Shown here one piece after another: positions 10,299-20,981 of a stretch of 64,000 bases of DNA. This DNA comes from an uncultured Christensenella sp. GTDB lineage: Bacteria > Bacillota > Clostridia > Christensenellales > UBA1242. The stretch's first letter is position 1. Each line of letters starts with the position of its first letter. The stretch lies in NCBI GenBank assembly GCA_964564685.1, contig CAZMBC010000004.1, positions 23,382 to 87,381 on the forward strand, in the 5' to 3' direction. The notes below the pieces were generated by a model, which did no database searches, was not told where the DNA came from, and saw only the letters and a list, made by a program, of their open reading frames with translations. A program made the translations under genes and the position numbers.

Positions 10299-10835
10299 CT
10301 ATTTTTTACCTGTTTTTCTTTCTTTTCTGAATACAACTTCGTCTGTATAATAAATACCATAAGCATGATATGGTTCAACTGGTTTAATATCTCTTACACG
10401 GCTAGCAAATTGACCAACCTTCTCTTTATCAATACCTTTAACAGTAATGATGTTTTTATCACAAGAAAGTTTAATACCTTCTTCTGCAATAACATCTACT
10501 GGGTGAGATAAACCAATATTTAATACCAAATCGTTACCCTTTTGAGTAATTTTGTAACCTACGCCATTTATTGTTAATTGTTTTTCATAACCTTTAGATA
10601 CACCAATAACCATATTGTTAATTAGTTGGCGATAAAGGCCGTGAAATTTCTTTAATTCTTTGTCGTTAGTTTTGTTTAAAACTTTAACATCGTTTCCTTC
10701 AATAACCACATCAATTTTAGGATGGATTTCTCTGGATAATTTTCCCAATGGACCATTAACTTCAACAACATTATTGTTTACATTAACAGAAACGCCACTA
10801 GGTATTGTGATTGGATTTTTGCCTACTCTACTCAT
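10299..10835 (-). CDS. rplF: 50S ribosomal protein L6
   Basis: MSRVGKNPITIPSGVSV... and operon order. Confidence 0.95.
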   Translation of the reverse strand: MSRVGKNPITIPSGVSVNVNNNVVEVNGPLGKLSREIHPKIDVVIEGNDVKVLNKTNDKELKKFHGLYRQLINNMVIGVSKGYEKQLTINGVGYKITQKGNDLVLNIGLSHPVDVIAEEGIKLSCDKNIITVKGIDKEKVGQFASRVRDIKPVEPYHAYGIYYTDEVVFRKERKTGKK

Positions 10836-10844
10836 TACTTCCTC

Positions 10845-11243
10845 CTACCACACATACGCTAGCACTTCACCGCCAATATTGTTAGCACGTGCCTGCCTAT
10901 CTGTCATTAATCCTTTACTTGTAGAAATTAACGCAATTCCTAAACCATTTAGAACTTTTGGAAGGTCTTGCGCACTAGCGTAAATTCTCAAGCCTGGTTT
11001 AGATATTCTTTTTAAGCCTTGAATAACTCTTTCGTTGTTAGGACCGAATTTAAATTCGATAACGATATTAGATGTAATTCCTTCGCCTTCAACTTTATAA
11101 GAAGCAATATAACCTTCTTGTACAAGCAATTCAACAATCGCTAATTTCATTTTGGAAGTAGGAATAGATACACTTTTATGTTTTGCTTGCAAAGCATTGC
11201 GCATTCTTGTAAGCAAATCTGCAATAGGGTCATTAACCATCAT
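10845..11243 (-). CDS. rpsH: 30S ribosomal protein S8
   Basis: [18 protein letters not shown] place the start at ATG 11243 (AGGAGG 11 nt upstream), not 11267, which would overlap rpsN. Confidence 0.9.
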   Translation of the reverse strand: MMVNDPIADLLTRMRNALQAKHKSVSIPTSKMKLAIVELLVQEGYIASYKVEGEGITSNIVIEFKFGPNNERVIQGLKRISKPGLRIYASAQDLPKVLNGLGIALISTSKGLMTDRQARANNIGGEVLAYVW

Positions 11244-11260
11244 ATTTCTCTTTTCCTCCT

Positions 11261-11446
11261 TTACCAACTCGCCTTCTTAACGCCGGGAATTTCGCCTTTG
11301 TAAGCTAATTCTCTAAAGCAAATTCTGCAAATTCCATACTTTCTTAAAACAGAGTGTGGACGACCGCAAAGTTTGCAACGAGAATATTCACGGGTAGAAA
11401 ACTTTTGAGTTTTTTGTTGTTTTTCTAATAATGCTTTTCTTGCCAT
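11261..11446 (-). CDS. rpsN: 30S ribosomal protein S14, short zinc-ribbon (type Z) form
   Basis: 61 aa. [20 protein letters not shown]. Confidence 0.95.
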   Translation of the reverse strand: MARKALLEKQQKTQKFSTREYSRCKLCGRPHSVLRKYGICRICFRELAYKGEIPGVKKASW

Positions 11447-11463
11447 ATTTATCTCCTAACCTC

Positions 11464-12012
11464 CTACTTTTTGAAAGGCATGCCAAGAAGCTCTAGTAAT
11501 CTCTTGGCTTCCTTATCAGTTTTAGCAGAAGTTACAATAACGATATCTAAACCACGAATTTTATCAATTTTTTCGTAACTTATTTCAGGGAATACAAGTT
11601 GTTCTGTTAAGCCTAAAGCATAGTTTCCTTTGCCATCAAATGCTTTAGCAGAAACGCCTTGGAAATCTCTTACACGAGGTAAAGCAATAGATATAACTTT
11701 ATCCAAAAATTCGTACATATGAGTTCCTCTTAAGGTAACCTTTGCACCAACTTTCATGCCTGCTCTTACTTTAAAGTTTGCAATAGATTTTTTTGCAATT
11801 GTAACAACAGGTTTTTGTCCGCTTATTTGAGCAATCTCATCTACAGCCTTGTTAAATGCTTGAGAATTATCTTTAACATCACCAAGACCACGATTAATTA
11901 TGATTTTTTCAATTTTAGGACATTCCATTGGATTTTTGTATCCAAATTCTTTAATTAAAGCAGGAATAACTGACTTTTTATATTGTTCTTGTAATCTATT
12001 TTGTTCCATCAC
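11464..12012 (-). CDS. rplE: 50S ribosomal protein L5
   Basis: [34 protein letters not shown]. Confidence 0.95.
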   Translation of the reverse strand: MMEQNRLQEQYKKSVIPALIKEFGYKNPMECPKIEKIIINRGLGDVKDNSQAFNKAVDEIAQISGQKPVVTIAKKSIANFKVRAGMKVGAKVTLRGTHMYEFLDKVISIALPRVRDFQGVSAKAFDGKGNYALGLTEQLVFPEISYEKIDKIRGLDIVIVTSAKTDKEAKRLLELLGMPFKK

Positions 12013-12021
12013 TTACTCCTC

Positions 12022-12495
12022 CTATTCTGCCTTACTTTTTGTAGTAGTTTTTTTGCTTGAAGTTGATTTTGTTGCTTTAGAAGCAGTTTTTGTAGTTTTT
12101 TCTGCTTGCTTTTCAACAGCTTTTTCTACTTTTTTAGTAGTTTTAACTTCTTTTTTAACTTCTTTTTTAGTAGCAACTGCCTTATCTAAAGAAGCGCCAC
12201 ATTTTTTACATTGACGATACTTTTTATCGCCTTCACTTGCGTGTGCAACTCTTGTAGCCTTGTTGCAAACTGGGCAAATAATCTGAACATTACTAACATC
12301 AATTTTGTTTTCACGTTTCAAAATTCCGCCTTTATCTTGTGCACTTTTAGGCTTTTGGTGTTTTGCAACAATGTTAACACCACTAACAACCACTGCGTTA
12401 TCAGATGGAATAGCGGTTAACACTTTGCCAGTTTTGCCTTTGTCTTTTCCGGCAATAACAACAACATTATCGCCTTTTTTAACATTTAGTGTCAT
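12022..12495 (-). CDS. rplX: 50S ribosomal protein L24 with Cys4 ribbon and Lys/Thr-rich C-terminal tail
   Basis: KOW N-terminus KKGDNVVVIAGKDKGKTGKV. CPVC...CKKC at aa 74-99. ~54-aa tail. 157 aa versus ~103 typical. Confidence 0.9.
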   Translation of the reverse strand: MTLNVKKGDNVVVIAGKDKGKTGKVLTAIPSDNAVVVSGVNIVAKHQKPKSAQDKGGILKRENKIDVSNVQIICPVCNKATRVAHASEGDKKYRQCKKCGASLDKAVATKKEVKKEVKTTKKVEKAVEKQAEKTTKTASKATKSTSSKKTTTKSKAE

Positions 12496-12509
12496 TCTTT
12501 ATTCCTCCT

Positions 12510-12878
12510 TTATAACACTTCTGGTGCAAGAGAGATAATTTTCATGAAGCCTTTATCTCTTAATTCTCTTGCGATAGGTCCGAAAATACGAGTACCTTTA
12601 GGTTGTTTTTGGTTATCAATTATAACTGCAGCGTTGTCATCAAATCTAATGCTTGAGCCATCTGGACGCTGAACGCCCTTGCTAGTTCTAACAATAACGG
12701 CTTTAACAACATCACCCTTTTTAACAGCGCCACCTGGAGTAGCAGATTTAACGGAAGCAACGATAATATCACCAATATTACCACTTCTTCTAAAAGAGCC
12801 ACCCAATATTCTAATACACATAATCTTTTTAGCACCGCTATTATCGGCAACTTTTAATATTGTTTGAGGTTGTACCAT
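12510..12878 (-). CDS. rplN: 50S ribosomal protein L14
   Basis: [27 protein letters not shown]. Confidence 0.95.
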   Translation of the reverse strand: MVQPQTILKVADNSGAKKIMCIRILGGSFRRSGNIGDIIVASVKSATPGGAVKKGDVVKAVIVRTSKGVQRPDGSSIRFDDNAAVIIDNQKQPKGTRIFGPIARELRDKGFMKIISLAPEVL

Positions 12879-12891
12879 AAATCCTTACTCC

Positions 12892-13167
12892 TTATTTTGC
12901 TCTCTCGATTATTTTTACCAAACGATAATGTTTGTCTTTGCTTAGTGGACGAGTTGCCATAATTTCAACTACATCACCAATTTTGCATTCATTGTTTTCA
13001 TCGTGAGCCTTAACTTTTTTGGTTATTTTGTAAACCTTGCCATACAAAGGGTGACGCTTGTTGTAAACAACGGCAACAGTAATGGTTTTATCCATTTTGT
13101 CACTAATAACTGTACCCATATATTCATGGCGGTTATTTCTTTCTAAAACTTTAATATCTTCCATCAC
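12892..13167 (-). CDS. rpsQ: 30S ribosomal protein S17
   Basis: [27 protein letters not shown]. Confidence 0.95.
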   Translation of the reverse strand: MMEDIKVLERNNRHEYMGTVISDKMDKTITVAVVYNKRHPLYGKVYKITKKVKAHDENNECKIGDVVEIMATRPLSKDKHYRLVKIIERAK

Positions 13168-13178
13168 TTATCCCCTTT

Positions 13179-13385
13179 TTACGCATTAACCTTTTTATTT
13201 AGTTCACGCTCTGTAAGTATTGTTTTAATTCTTGCAATATCTTTTTTGCAAGCATTTAATTGCATTGGGTTTGTAAGTTGCCCAGTTGCATTTGCAAAAC
13301 GAAGGTTAAATAATTCTTGTTTTAAAGATTTTAACTTTGCATTAAGTTCTTCGTTGGTCATTTCTCTTAATTCAACTGCTTTCAT
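13179..13385 (-). CDS. rpmC: 50S ribosomal protein L29
   Basis: [26 protein letters not shown]. Confidence 0.95.
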   Translation of the reverse strand: MKAVELREMTNEELNAKLKSLKQELFNLRFANATGQLTNPMQLNACKKDIARIKTILTERELNKKVNA

Positions 13386-13819
13386 TATTCGTTACCACCT
13401 TCGTTAGTTTCGTTTTCTTTCATAATGAATTTAGATTTACAAGGAAGTTTGTGACTAGCAAGTCTCATAGCTTCTCTTGCAACTTCTTCGTTAACACCAG
13501 ATAACTCAAACAAAACTCTGCCTGGTTTAACAACAGCAACCCAAAACTCTGGGCTACCTTTACCTTTACCCATACGAGTTCCAGCAGGTTTTTTAGTTAC
13601 TGGTTTGTGAGGGAATACATTTATCCAAACTTTACCACCTCTTTTAGTGTAACGGTTAATAGCAATCCTGGCTGCTTCAATTTGGTTTGCAGTTAACCAA
13701 CATGGTTCTGTTGCAACCAAACCATAATCACCATATGCCAAAACATTACCTTTAGTGGCTTTGCCTGTCATACGACCTCTAAATTGTTTTCTTCTTTTTA
13801 CTCTTTTAGGCATTAACAT
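13385..13819 (-). CDS. rplP: 50S ribosomal protein L16
   Basis: [17 protein letters not shown]. Confidence 0.95.
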   Translation of the reverse strand: MLMPKRVKRRKQFRGRMTGKATKGNVLAYGDYGLVATEPCWLTANQIEAARIAINRYTKRGGKVWINVFPHKPVTKKPAGTRMGKGKGSPEFWVAVVKPGRVLFELSGVNEEVAREAMRLASHKLPCKSKFIMKENETNEGGNE

Positions 13820-13820
13820 A

Positions 13821-14492
13821 TTACTCGTTACCTCCTTGTTCAGAAGTTTGAGATGTTTTTTTGTTTAAGATTTCGCCTTTGCAAATCCAAACTTTAACAC
13901 CTAAAACACCAAATGTGGTGTGTGCTTCGCATAGTGCATAATCAATGTCCGAACGCAAAGTTTGTAAAGGCAAACGACCTTCTTGATAGTGCTCGCTTCT
14001 TGCAATTTCTGCGCCATCAAGTCTGCCACTAACCATTATTTTGCATCCTTTAGCGCCAGAACGCATAACACGCTGCATAGCTTGTTTCATTGCGCGTCTA
14101 AAGCTCATACGCTTTTCTAGTTGTTGTGCAATACTTTGAGCAACAACTTCTGCGTCAAGGTCTGGTTTGTTTACTTCTTTAATGTTCACATTTACATTTT
14201 TGTTTTCACAAAGTTTTGTAATGTCTTTTTTAAGTTCTTCTACACCAGCACCCTTAACACCAATTAAAACGCCTGGTTTTGAAGTATAAATATCAACTAT
14301 AACACGGTTGCTAGTTCTTGCAATTTCAACTTTTGAAATGCTGTTTGCTGCGTGTTTTTTGTTAATAAATGTACGGATTTTATTATCTTCGACTAATAAG
14401 TTAGAATATTCTTTTTTATTAGCAATCCAAGAAGAACTCCATTCTTTATTAACACCAACTCTTAAACCGTGTGGATTAACTTTTTGTCCCAT
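13821..14492 (-). CDS. rpsC: 30S ribosomal protein S3
   Basis: [13 protein letters not shown] and a KH domain. Confidence 0.95.
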   Translation of the reverse strand: MGQKVNPHGLRVGVNKEWSSSWIANKKEYSNLLVEDNKIRTFINKKHAANSISKVEIARTSNRVIVDIYTSKPGVLIGVKGAGVEELKKDITKLCENKNVNVNIKEVNKPDLDAEVVAQSIAQQLEKRMSFRRAMKQAMQRVMRSGAKGCKIMVSGRLDGAEIARSEHYQEGRLPLQTLRSDIDYALCEAHTTFGVLGVKVWICKGEILNKKTSQTSEQGGNE

Positions 14493-14511
14493 ACTAAATT
14501 ATTAGTCTCCT

Positions 14512-14901
14512 TTATTTATTCATCACATCTAACACAATGGTTATGTGACAAGTTCTTTTTATAATTGTGTCCACACCACCACGGCCTCTGAAGGCAACGC
14601 GTTTAAATGATGGACCTTGGTTTGCATAAGCTTCTGCAACAAATAAGTCGTCTTTATTAAGCCCCTTATTGTTCTCGGCATTGGCAGCAGCAGAAACCAA
14701 AACTTTTTTAACAGCCATAGCAGAGGTGCTTGGAGTAATATCACAAATAGCACAAGCCTCTGCGTATGCTTTACCTTTAATAATGTCTAACACACGCTTT
14801 GCTTTAGAAGAACCCATTCTTACATATTTTGCAGTAGCAGAAGGACGAGTGTCTTTATTTTCAAGCCTTTTAGCGCTTTTTTCTTTCATTCTTTTAGCCA
14901 T
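14512..14901 (-). CDS. rplV: 50S ribosomal protein L22
   Basis: ARYVRMGSSKAKRVLDIIKGK-type N-terminus and operon order. Confidence 0.95.
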   Translation of the reverse strand: MAKRMKEKSAKRLENKDTRPSATAKYVRMGSSKAKRVLDIIKGKAYAEACAICDITPSTSAMAVKKVLVSAAANAENNKGLNKDDLFVAEAYANQGPSFKRVAFRGRGGVDTIIKRTCHITIVLDVMNK

Positions 14902-14915
14902 TTCTTCCTCCTATT

Positions 14916-15194
14916 TTACTTGCCTTTTGTTTTCTTATCAGCGGCGTGGCCTCTATAAGTTCTTGTTGGTGCAAATTCACCAAGTTTATGACCTATCATA
15001 TCTACAGTACAATATACAGGTATATGTTTCATACCATTATGAACAGCAATTGTATGACCAACAAATTCAGGATATATTGTAGAAGAACGACTCCAAGTTT
15101 TAACAACTTGCTTTTTATTTTCTTCGTTCATCTTAATAACCCTGTTAAGTAGTCTTTGCTCAACATAAGGTTTTTTCTTTAAACTTCTACTCAT
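14916..15194 (-). CDS. rpsS: 30S ribosomal protein S19
   Basis: [11 protein letters not shown]...[16 protein letters not shown]. Confidence 0.95.
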   Translation of the reverse strand: MSRSLKKKPYVEQRLLNRVIKMNEENKKQVVKTWSRSSTIYPEFVGHTIAVHNGMKHIPVYCTVDMIGHKLGEFAPTRTYRGHAADKKTKGK

Positions 15195-15205
15195 AACGCA
15201 CTCTC

Positions 15206-16036
15206 CTATTTCTTACCACGCTTAATAATAAGCTTTGTGCTTTGTTTTTTATTATTTCTAGTCTTTTTACCAAGAGCAGGCTTACCCCAAGGAGTAAGTG
15301 GAGATTTTCTACCAATTGGGCTTTTACCTTCACCACCACCATGTGGGTGATCTACTGGGTTCATAACCGAACCACGAACGGTTGGGCGAACTCCCATATG
15401 TCTTTTTCTTCCTGCTTTACCTAAAGAAACAATTTCGTGTTCTAGGTTGCCCACTTGACCAAGTGTTGCACGGCAAGTAGCAAGAACCATTCTCATTTCT
15501 CCAGAAGGAAGCTTGATTGTAGCATATTTGCCTTCTTTAGCCATTAAGCGTGCTTCGTTACCAGCTGAACGAACCATTTGTCCGCCCTTGCCTGGTTGCA
15601 ATTCAATGTTATGAATAACAGCACCAACTGGCATATCTTTTAAAGGTAAGTTGTTACCAACTTTAATTTCCGCATTGCTACCACTCATAAGTACATCGCC
15701 AACATTCAAACCTTTAGGAGCAAGAATGTATCTCTTTTCACCATCAGCATAGTGAAGAAGAGCGATGTAAGCTGAACGATTTGGATCATACTCAATGCCA
15801 GCAACTTTAGCAGGAATTCCATCCTTATTGCGTTTAAAATCAATAATTCTGTACTTAACGCGGTTGCCACCACCAATATGTCTAACAGTTATTCTTCCGT
15901 TATTATTTCTACCACCCGTCTTTTTGATTTCACTTAACAAAGACTTTTCTGGGGTCTTTTTAGTAATTTCATCATAAGAAGGTGTGGTGTAAAATCTACG
16001 AGCCGGAGAAGTAGGTTTATATGTTTTAATTGCCAT
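15206..16036 (-). CDS. rplB: 50S ribosomal protein L2
   Basis: [17 protein letters not shown] motif. Confidence 0.95.
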   Translation of the reverse strand: MAIKTYKPTSPARRFYTTPSYDEITKKTPEKSLLSEIKKTGGRNNNGRITVRHIGGGNRVKYRIIDFKRNKDGIPAKVAGIEYDPNRSAYIALLHYADGEKRYILAPKGLNVGDVLMSGSNAEIKVGNNLPLKDMPVGAVIHNIELQPGKGGQMVRSAGNEARLMAKEGKYATIKLPSGEMRMVLATCRATLGQVGNLEHEIVSLGKAGRKRHMGVRPTVRGSVMNPVDHPHGGGEGKSPIGRKSPLTPWGKPALGKKTRNNKKQSTKLIIKRGKK

Positions 16037-16056
16037 TTCGTTTTCCTCCTTTTACC

Positions 16057-16347
16057 TTACGACAAACTTTCGAAAAACTCGATGGCTTTGCTATCTTTAG
16101 TTAAAGTAACAAATGCTTTTTTGTAATCTGAAGTATAGCCTTGAGTTTTGCCTTGTCTTTTTAATTTTCCGTTAACATTTGCGGTGTTAACATTTTGAAC
16201 TTTAACACCAAATACTTTTTCAACTGCCTTTTTAATTTCAGTTTTGTTTGCATCTGGTCTAACAATAAATGTGTATTTTTTGTTTGCAATATCTGCATAA
16301 CTTTTTTCACTTAAAAGTGGCTTAATAATTACATCAAATTCTTTCAT
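16057..16347 (-). CDS. rplW: 50S ribosomal protein L23
   Basis: [11 protein letters not shown]...KYTFIV and operon order. Confidence 0.95.
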   Translation of the reverse strand: MKEFDVIIKPLLSEKSYADIANKKYTFIVRPDANKTEIKKAVEKVFGVKVQNVNTANVNGKLKRQGKTQGYTSDYKKAFVTLTKDSKAIEFFESLS

Positions 16348-16973
16348 TATCCTTTATAAGCCTCCTCAATAGATTTGATTGCTTCCGAAGTGATAACTAG
16401 TTTGTTGCTAACAACAATGTCGTAAACATTAAGTTGACTTGCAGTAGTAACATCTGCATTAGCGATGTTGGCACATGCACGAAGAACCATTTCGTCGTTA
16501 CCTTTAGTAACAAATAGAACAGTTCTGTTTAACTTAAGGCTTTCAAGAACACTTACAAGTTCTTTAGTTTTTCCTTCGTTAATGGTCAAATTATCCAAAA
16601 CGATAATATCTTTATCTGCTAATTTAGTGCTAATTGCACTTTTGAAAGCAACTCTTTTTGCTTCTTTATTAACTTTTTTAGAGAAATCGCGTGGTTTTGG
16701 TGCAAATACAATACCACCACCCCTCCATTGTGGGCCTTTAGTAGAACCTTGTCTTGCTCTACCAGTTCCCTTTTGACGCCAAGGTTTTTTAGCATGGCCT
16801 CTTACTTCAGAACGAGTAAGAGTGCTTTTAGTACCTTGTCTTTGGTTGGCCAAGTATGCAACTATTACCTGATGAATAAGAGCTTCGTTATATTCTTGCT
16901 TAAAAACTTCATCTTTTAGTTTTAAAGTGCCACATTCTTCGCCTTTCATGTTTAAAACTTTTACGCTTGCCAT
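16347..16973 (-). CDS. rplD: 50S ribosomal protein L4
   Basis: [25 protein letters not shown]. Confidence 0.95.
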   Translation of the reverse strand: MASVKVLNMKGEECGTLKLKDEVFKQEYNEALIHQVIVAYLANQRQGTKSTLTRSEVRGHAKKPWRQKGTGRARQGSTKGPQWRGGGIVFAPKPRDFSKKVNKEAKRVAFKSAISTKLADKDIIVLDNLTINEGKTKELVSVLESLKLNRTVLFVTKGNDEMVLRACANIANADVTTASQLNVYDIVVSNKLVITSEAIKSIEEAYKG

Positions 16974-16991
16974 TATACTCTAACTCCTTCC

Positions 16992-17624
16992 TTATTTTGT
17001 AACCTTAACGCTTTCTTTAATTGCAATCAAAGCGCCTTTAGGGCCAGGGATTGCACCTTTAATAAGCATTACATTGCGGTCAAGATCAACCTTAACAACT
17101 TTTAGGTTTTGAACAGTAACTTGTTCATTACCATATCTACCAGACATCTTTTTGCCTTTAAATACCTTACCAGCAAATGTACTAGCACCAATTGAGCCTT
17201 GTTTTCTGTGAACTGGGCCATTACCATGACTCATTCTGTGACGATGGAAATTCCATCTTTTAATAGTGCCGGTATAGCCGCGACCTTTAGTTCTGCCAGT
17301 TACATCAACATTATCGCCTTCTGCAAAGATATCACAGTTGATAACATCACCTAGTTTGTATTCGCCTTCTAACTTAAATTCTTTAACGAACCTTTTTGGT
17401 GCAACTTCTGCTTTTTTGAATGCGCCAAGCTGTGCTTTGTTAACATTCTTTTCCTTAACATCACTATAAGCAACTTGAACTGCATTATAGCCATCAATGT
17501 TTTGGGTTTTAACTTGTGTAACATAGCAAGGACCTGCTTCAACAACTGTAACAGGAACCACTAGACCATTGTCAGAAAAGATTTGAGTCATACCAAGTTT
17601 TTTGCCTAATATTGCCTTTTTCAT
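16992..17624 (-). CDS. rplC: 50S ribosomal protein L3
   Basis: MKKAILGKKLGMTQIF. The start is the ATG at 17624 (GGAGGAG RBS). The ORF-track start at 17630 is a TTG. Confidence 0.95.
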   Translation of the reverse strand: MKKAILGKKLGMTQIFSDNGLVVPVTVVEAGPCYVTQVKTQNIDGYNAVQVAYSDVKEKNVNKAQLGAFKKAEVAPKRFVKEFKLEGEYKLGDVINCDIFAEGDNVDVTGRTKGRGYTGTIKRWNFHRHRMSHGNGPVHRKQGSIGASTFAGKVFKGKKMSGRYGNEQVTVQNLKVVKVDLDRNVMLIKGAIPGPKGALIAIKESVKVTK

Positions 17625-17642
17625 AATCAACTACTCCTCCTG

Positions 17643-17951
17643 TTATAGTTTAATATTTATATCCACACCAGCAGGAAGGTCTAAACGCATAAGCGCGTCA
17701 ACCGCCTTTGCAGATGGGCTATAAATGTCAATAAGCCTTTTGTGTGTTTTCATTTCAAATTGTTCTCGTGAATCCTTGTATTTATGAGGAGCACGAATAA
17801 TTGTTACCACTTCCTTATCTGTAGGAAGAGGAATTGGACCACTTATTTTAGCACCAAACTTTAAAGCAGTATCAACAATTCTTTTGCTTGCTTGGTCAAT
17901 TAGATTGTGGTCGTAAGCCTGTAACTTAACTCTAATTTTTTGTGTTGCCAT
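17643..17951 (-). CDS. rpsJ: 30S ribosomal protein S10
   Basis: [26 protein letters not shown]. First gene of the S10 operon. Confidence 0.95.
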   Translation of the reverse strand: MATQKIRVKLQAYDHNLIDQASKRIVDTALKFGAKISGPIPLPTDKEVVTIIRAPHKYKDSREQFEMKTHKRLIDIYSPSAKAVDALMRLDLPAGVDINIKL

Positions 17952-18172
17952 TAATTTTCCTCCGTTTAATTAATTTACCTAAATGCCCTATATTTTGCAT
18001 AACTTATTTAAAAAAACACTTGACCGTGTGTTTCGCGCTGTAACTCAAAAAAAATATGCAAAGCATTAGTTGTTTATAATCAATGTATAAACTATAGTCC
18101 GCGTAAATTATCCACTTCATTTTGGCGTTTGAAATGGTAACCTTACACATCACCCCATATTACAGCAACACT

Positions 18173-18201
18173 ATTTTACTTTATAAATCTACTCTTGTCA
18201 A
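18173..18201 (-). promoter_or_regulatory. sigma-A-type promoter of the S10-spc-alpha cluster
   Basis: On the minus strand: TTGACA (18201-18196), a 17-nt spacer, then TAAAAT (18178-18173). Gives a ~210-nt leader before rpsJ. Confidence 0.6.
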
Positions 18202-18261
18202 CACTTTTTTAAAAGAAATTTTATTGAATTTACAATAATCAAATCATCTTTATAACGACAA

Positions 18262-18290
18262 TAAAAGGTGGCGATTTTTTTCCGCCACCT
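18262..18290 (-). terminator. rho-independent terminator after the 76-aa membrane-protein gene
   Basis: Stem aggtggcg (18266-18273) / cgccacct (18283-18290), followed by a T-run on the minus strand. Confidence 0.7.
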
Positions 18291-18360
18291 AATTGCTGTT
18301 TATATAATCTAAATTTATAAGGATATAATCAGTCTAAAATTTTTATTTTTCCATAGTATT

Positions 18361-18591
18361 TTATAACATAATTAGCATAATGCTATACGCAACACCCATA
18401 ACTGTTAAAAATATACAAACCCAAAACATAAACCAGTTTTTAATAGGCTTGCCCTCTTTTCCGCCTTTGATTGCTGCTAGCAAACATAGAACAGCTCCCA
18501 AAAATAATACAAACACAATGCCACCCCTTAAAACAGGGTCAACATTTCTTACAACCGTTATATAAAAGTTATTCCACATTGCTTTTAACAT
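18361..18591 (-). CDS. small two-TM membrane protein, function unknown
   Basis: 76 aa with two hydrophobic helices and its own terminator. No motif recognised. Confidence 0.4.
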   Translation of the reverse strand: MLKAMWNNFYITVVRNVDPVLRGGIVFVLFLGAVLCLLAAIKGGKEGKPIKNWFMFWVCIFLTVMGVAYSIMLIML

Positions 18592-18698
18592 AATAAACCG
18601 CCTTTTATTAATTATATTTTACAATAAAAAGTAATGAAAGTCAATCTTTTAATATATGTAAATGTGTGCAAATAAAAAACCATTAACGAATAATGGTT

Positions 18699-20231
18699 TT
18701 AATTTATTATCATGGATGACGCCGTAAATTCTGAAGGTTGGCTAATATTTAACAACTGTAATATTGTTGGCGCAATGTTTACTAACGAACCATCTTGTTT
18801 TAACTGCACATTAAGTTTGGGCTCACTAATTAAAACAAAAGGCACTTTGTTTGTTGTGTGACTTGTCACTTTGTTTCCGTTGCTATCCAACATCATTTCT
18901 GCATTTCCGTGGTCCGCAATCACAACCGCCACACCACCTATTCTTAAAATAGCGTCCACAAGCCTTTTTAATTGGATATCAACCTCTTTTATTGCGGAGA
19001 TTGTTGCAGATAGGTCACCTGTGTGCCCCACCATATCAGGATTTGAATAGTTCAGCGCCATAAAAGTATACTTTTTACTTAATATCTCTGCCACAGCGCA
19101 ATCAGTTATTTCTTTAGCACGCATTTGCGGAACCTTTTCAAACGGAGTATTCTTTATGGTTTCTATTAACACACGCTTTTCATTTTTATAAGGTGTTTCA
19201 TTTCCGCCATTTAAAAAATATGTTACATGAGCGTACTTAGTTGTTTCGGCTATTTTAAGCTGATTTAGTCCGTTTTTACTTATAACCGAAGATAAGTTAA
19301 CTCGCAAGTCGTCCTTTTTAAAAGCTACAAGCGGTTTTATAAACTTTTCATCATAACTTGTAAAAGTGCACATACAAACATTTTTAAACTTTCTAACCTC
19401 AAAACGGTCAAAGTTCTCCACCAGGCTCGCAGTTAGTTGGCGTCCTCTATCTTCCCTAAAGTTAAAGTGTATAATAGCATCACCATCGTTAATACAAGCA
19501 ACAGGCTTTCCATTTTCAGTCACTATAATCGGTTTAATAAATTCGTCCGTTTCACCCAACCTATAGCTTTCTTTAACGGCAGAAAGTGGGTCGTTAGAAT
19601 ACTTTCCTATTCCGTTTACAATGGCATTATAAGCAATTTGTGTGTAGTTATAATTTTGCTCTCTATCCATGGCGTAAAACCTACCTGTAATGCTAGCAAG
19701 TTTATAATCATTATATTTGCTTAACTCAGCCAGCAGGCTTTGCAGATACTTAACACCACTATCCACCGCAGTATCTCTGCCATCTAAAAATGCATGTATT
19801 GCCACATTTTTAACACCGTTATTTTGTGCCATTTTAAGCAAAGCAAAAAGGTGGTTTATGTTACTATGAACGCCTGCGTCACTTAACAATCCCATAAGAT
19901 GCAAAGTACCGTTATTTTCTTTTGCATGCTCCATAGCTTTGCAAAATGCGGGATTGTGAAAAAATTCCCCTGTGCTAATGCTGTTATTAATGCGTTGCAG
20001 GCTTTGAAAAACAACCCTGCCACTGCCAATATGCAAGTGTCCAACTTCACTGTTTCCCATTTGGCCATCGGGCAAGCCAACAGCCCGTCCGCTCGCCTCA
20101 AGTTCTGTGCTGGGGTACAAGTTAAAATATTTATTAAAATTAACAGGATTAGCCAGTTTAACGGCGTTTCCATATGTTTCATCCCTTAAGCCAAAACCGT
20201 CTAGGATAATTAACCCAACAAATTTATTCAT
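18699..20231 (-). CDS. gpmI: 2,3-bisphosphoglycerate-independent phosphoglycerate mutase
   Basis: 510 aa. MGNSEVGHLHIGSGR (catalytic Ser region) and VIADHGNAE. Confidence 0.95.
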   Translation of the reverse strand: MNKFVGLIILDGFGLRDETYGNAVKLANPVNFNKYFNLYPSTELEASGRAVGLPDGQMGNSEVGHLHIGSGRVVFQSLQRINNSISTGEFFHNPAFCKAMEHAKENNGTLHLMGLLSDAGVHSNINHLFALLKMAQNNGVKNVAIHAFLDGRDTAVDSGVKYLQSLLAELSKYNDYKLASITGRFYAMDREQNYNYTQIAYNAIVNGIGKYSNDPLSAVKESYRLGETDEFIKPIIVTENGKPVACINDGDAIIHFNFREDRGRQLTASLVENFDRFEVRKFKNVCMCTFTSYDEKFIKPLVAFKKDDLRVNLSSVISKNGLNQLKIAETTKYAHVTYFLNGGNETPYKNEKRVLIETIKNTPFEKVPQMRAKEITDCAVAEILSKKYTFMALNYSNPDMVGHTGDLSATISAIKEVDIQLKRLVDAILRIGGVAVVIADHGNAEMMLDSNGNKVTSHTTNKVPFVLISEPKLNVQLKQDGSLVNIAPTILQLLNISQPSEFTASSMIIN

Positions 20232-20241
20232 ATGCTTCCTT

Positions 20242-20970
20242 TTAATTGCTACAAGCTATTATTTTTGAAAAGGTGTTAACATTTAAGCATGCCCCACCTA
20301 TCAGCCCGCCATCAACATCCTTCAATGCCAATATTTCACGCGCATTATTTTCGTTTATCGAACCACCATAAAGTAGTACTATGCTATCCCTATTTGCGCC
20401 TAGTTTTTCCAACAAATTTTTAACATAAGTCGCCATAGAAGAAATCTCTTTTAGCGTAGGGGTAACACCCGTTCCTATTGCCCATACGGGCTCATACGCA
20501 TAAATAACTTTTGTAAGGTTGTTAACCCCATCTAAAGCACTTTTAATTTGTTCCTTTACAATATATTTAGTTTTTCCATTTTTTCTTTGTTCCAGCGTTT
20601 CGCCAAAGCACAATATTGGCGTAATATTACTTTCCAAAAGGGCAGAAAGCTTGTTGTTTACATCCGCATTACTTTCACTATTATAATTGCGCCTTTCACT
20701 ATGCCCCACAAGGCACAAATTGCAGTCAAAGTCTTTTAACATGTTAATGCTAACCTCGCCCGTAAAAGCACCCTTGCTTTTATGATGGCAATTTTGTGCA
20801 CCGTATCTAACATGTTTTAAGTGCTTTTCTGCTAAAAACAAATAAGGATAAGGAAGTGCTAAGCCAACAAAATTAGAACTGCTTTTTGCTAATTTATCAA
20901 CCCCTTTTAAATAGGGCTTAAACTCACTTAAAGCGCCATTCATTTTAAGGTTGCCAATTAAATATTTCAT
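20242..20970 (-). CDS. tpiA: triose-phosphate isomerase
   Basis: VGHSERR, YEPVWAIGTG and LYGGSI. Confidence 0.95.
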   Translation of the reverse strand: MKYLIGNLKMNGALSEFKPYLKGVDKLAKSSSNFVGLALPYPYLFLAEKHLKHVRYGAQNCHHKSKGAFTGEVSINMLKDFDCNLCLVGHSERRNYNSESNADVNNKLSALLESNITPILCFGETLEQRKNGKTKYIVKEQIKSALDGVNNLTKVIYAYEPVWAIGTGVTPTLKEISSMATYVKNLLEKLGANRDSIVLLYGGSINENNAREILALKDVDGGLIGGACLNVNTFSKIIACSN

Positions 20971-20981
20971 ATATCCCCCAA

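Noticed and set aside
2238-17000. Numerous 60-140-aa ORFs antisense or off-frame within ribosomal-protein, secY and adk genes (e.g. 2238-2498, 6934-7119, 7749-7973, 12620-12850, 14559-14753, 14669-15082, 16465-16776)
   Set aside because: Each lies inside a confidently identified, tightly packed operon gene. Their products are low-complexity hydrophobic strings. None has an RBS or intergenic space.
19366-20189. Overlapping ORFs inside gpmI (19366-19566, 19437-19724, 19883-20182, 19899-20189)
   Set aside because: They are off-frame or antisense to a full-length iPGM with intact catalytic motifs.
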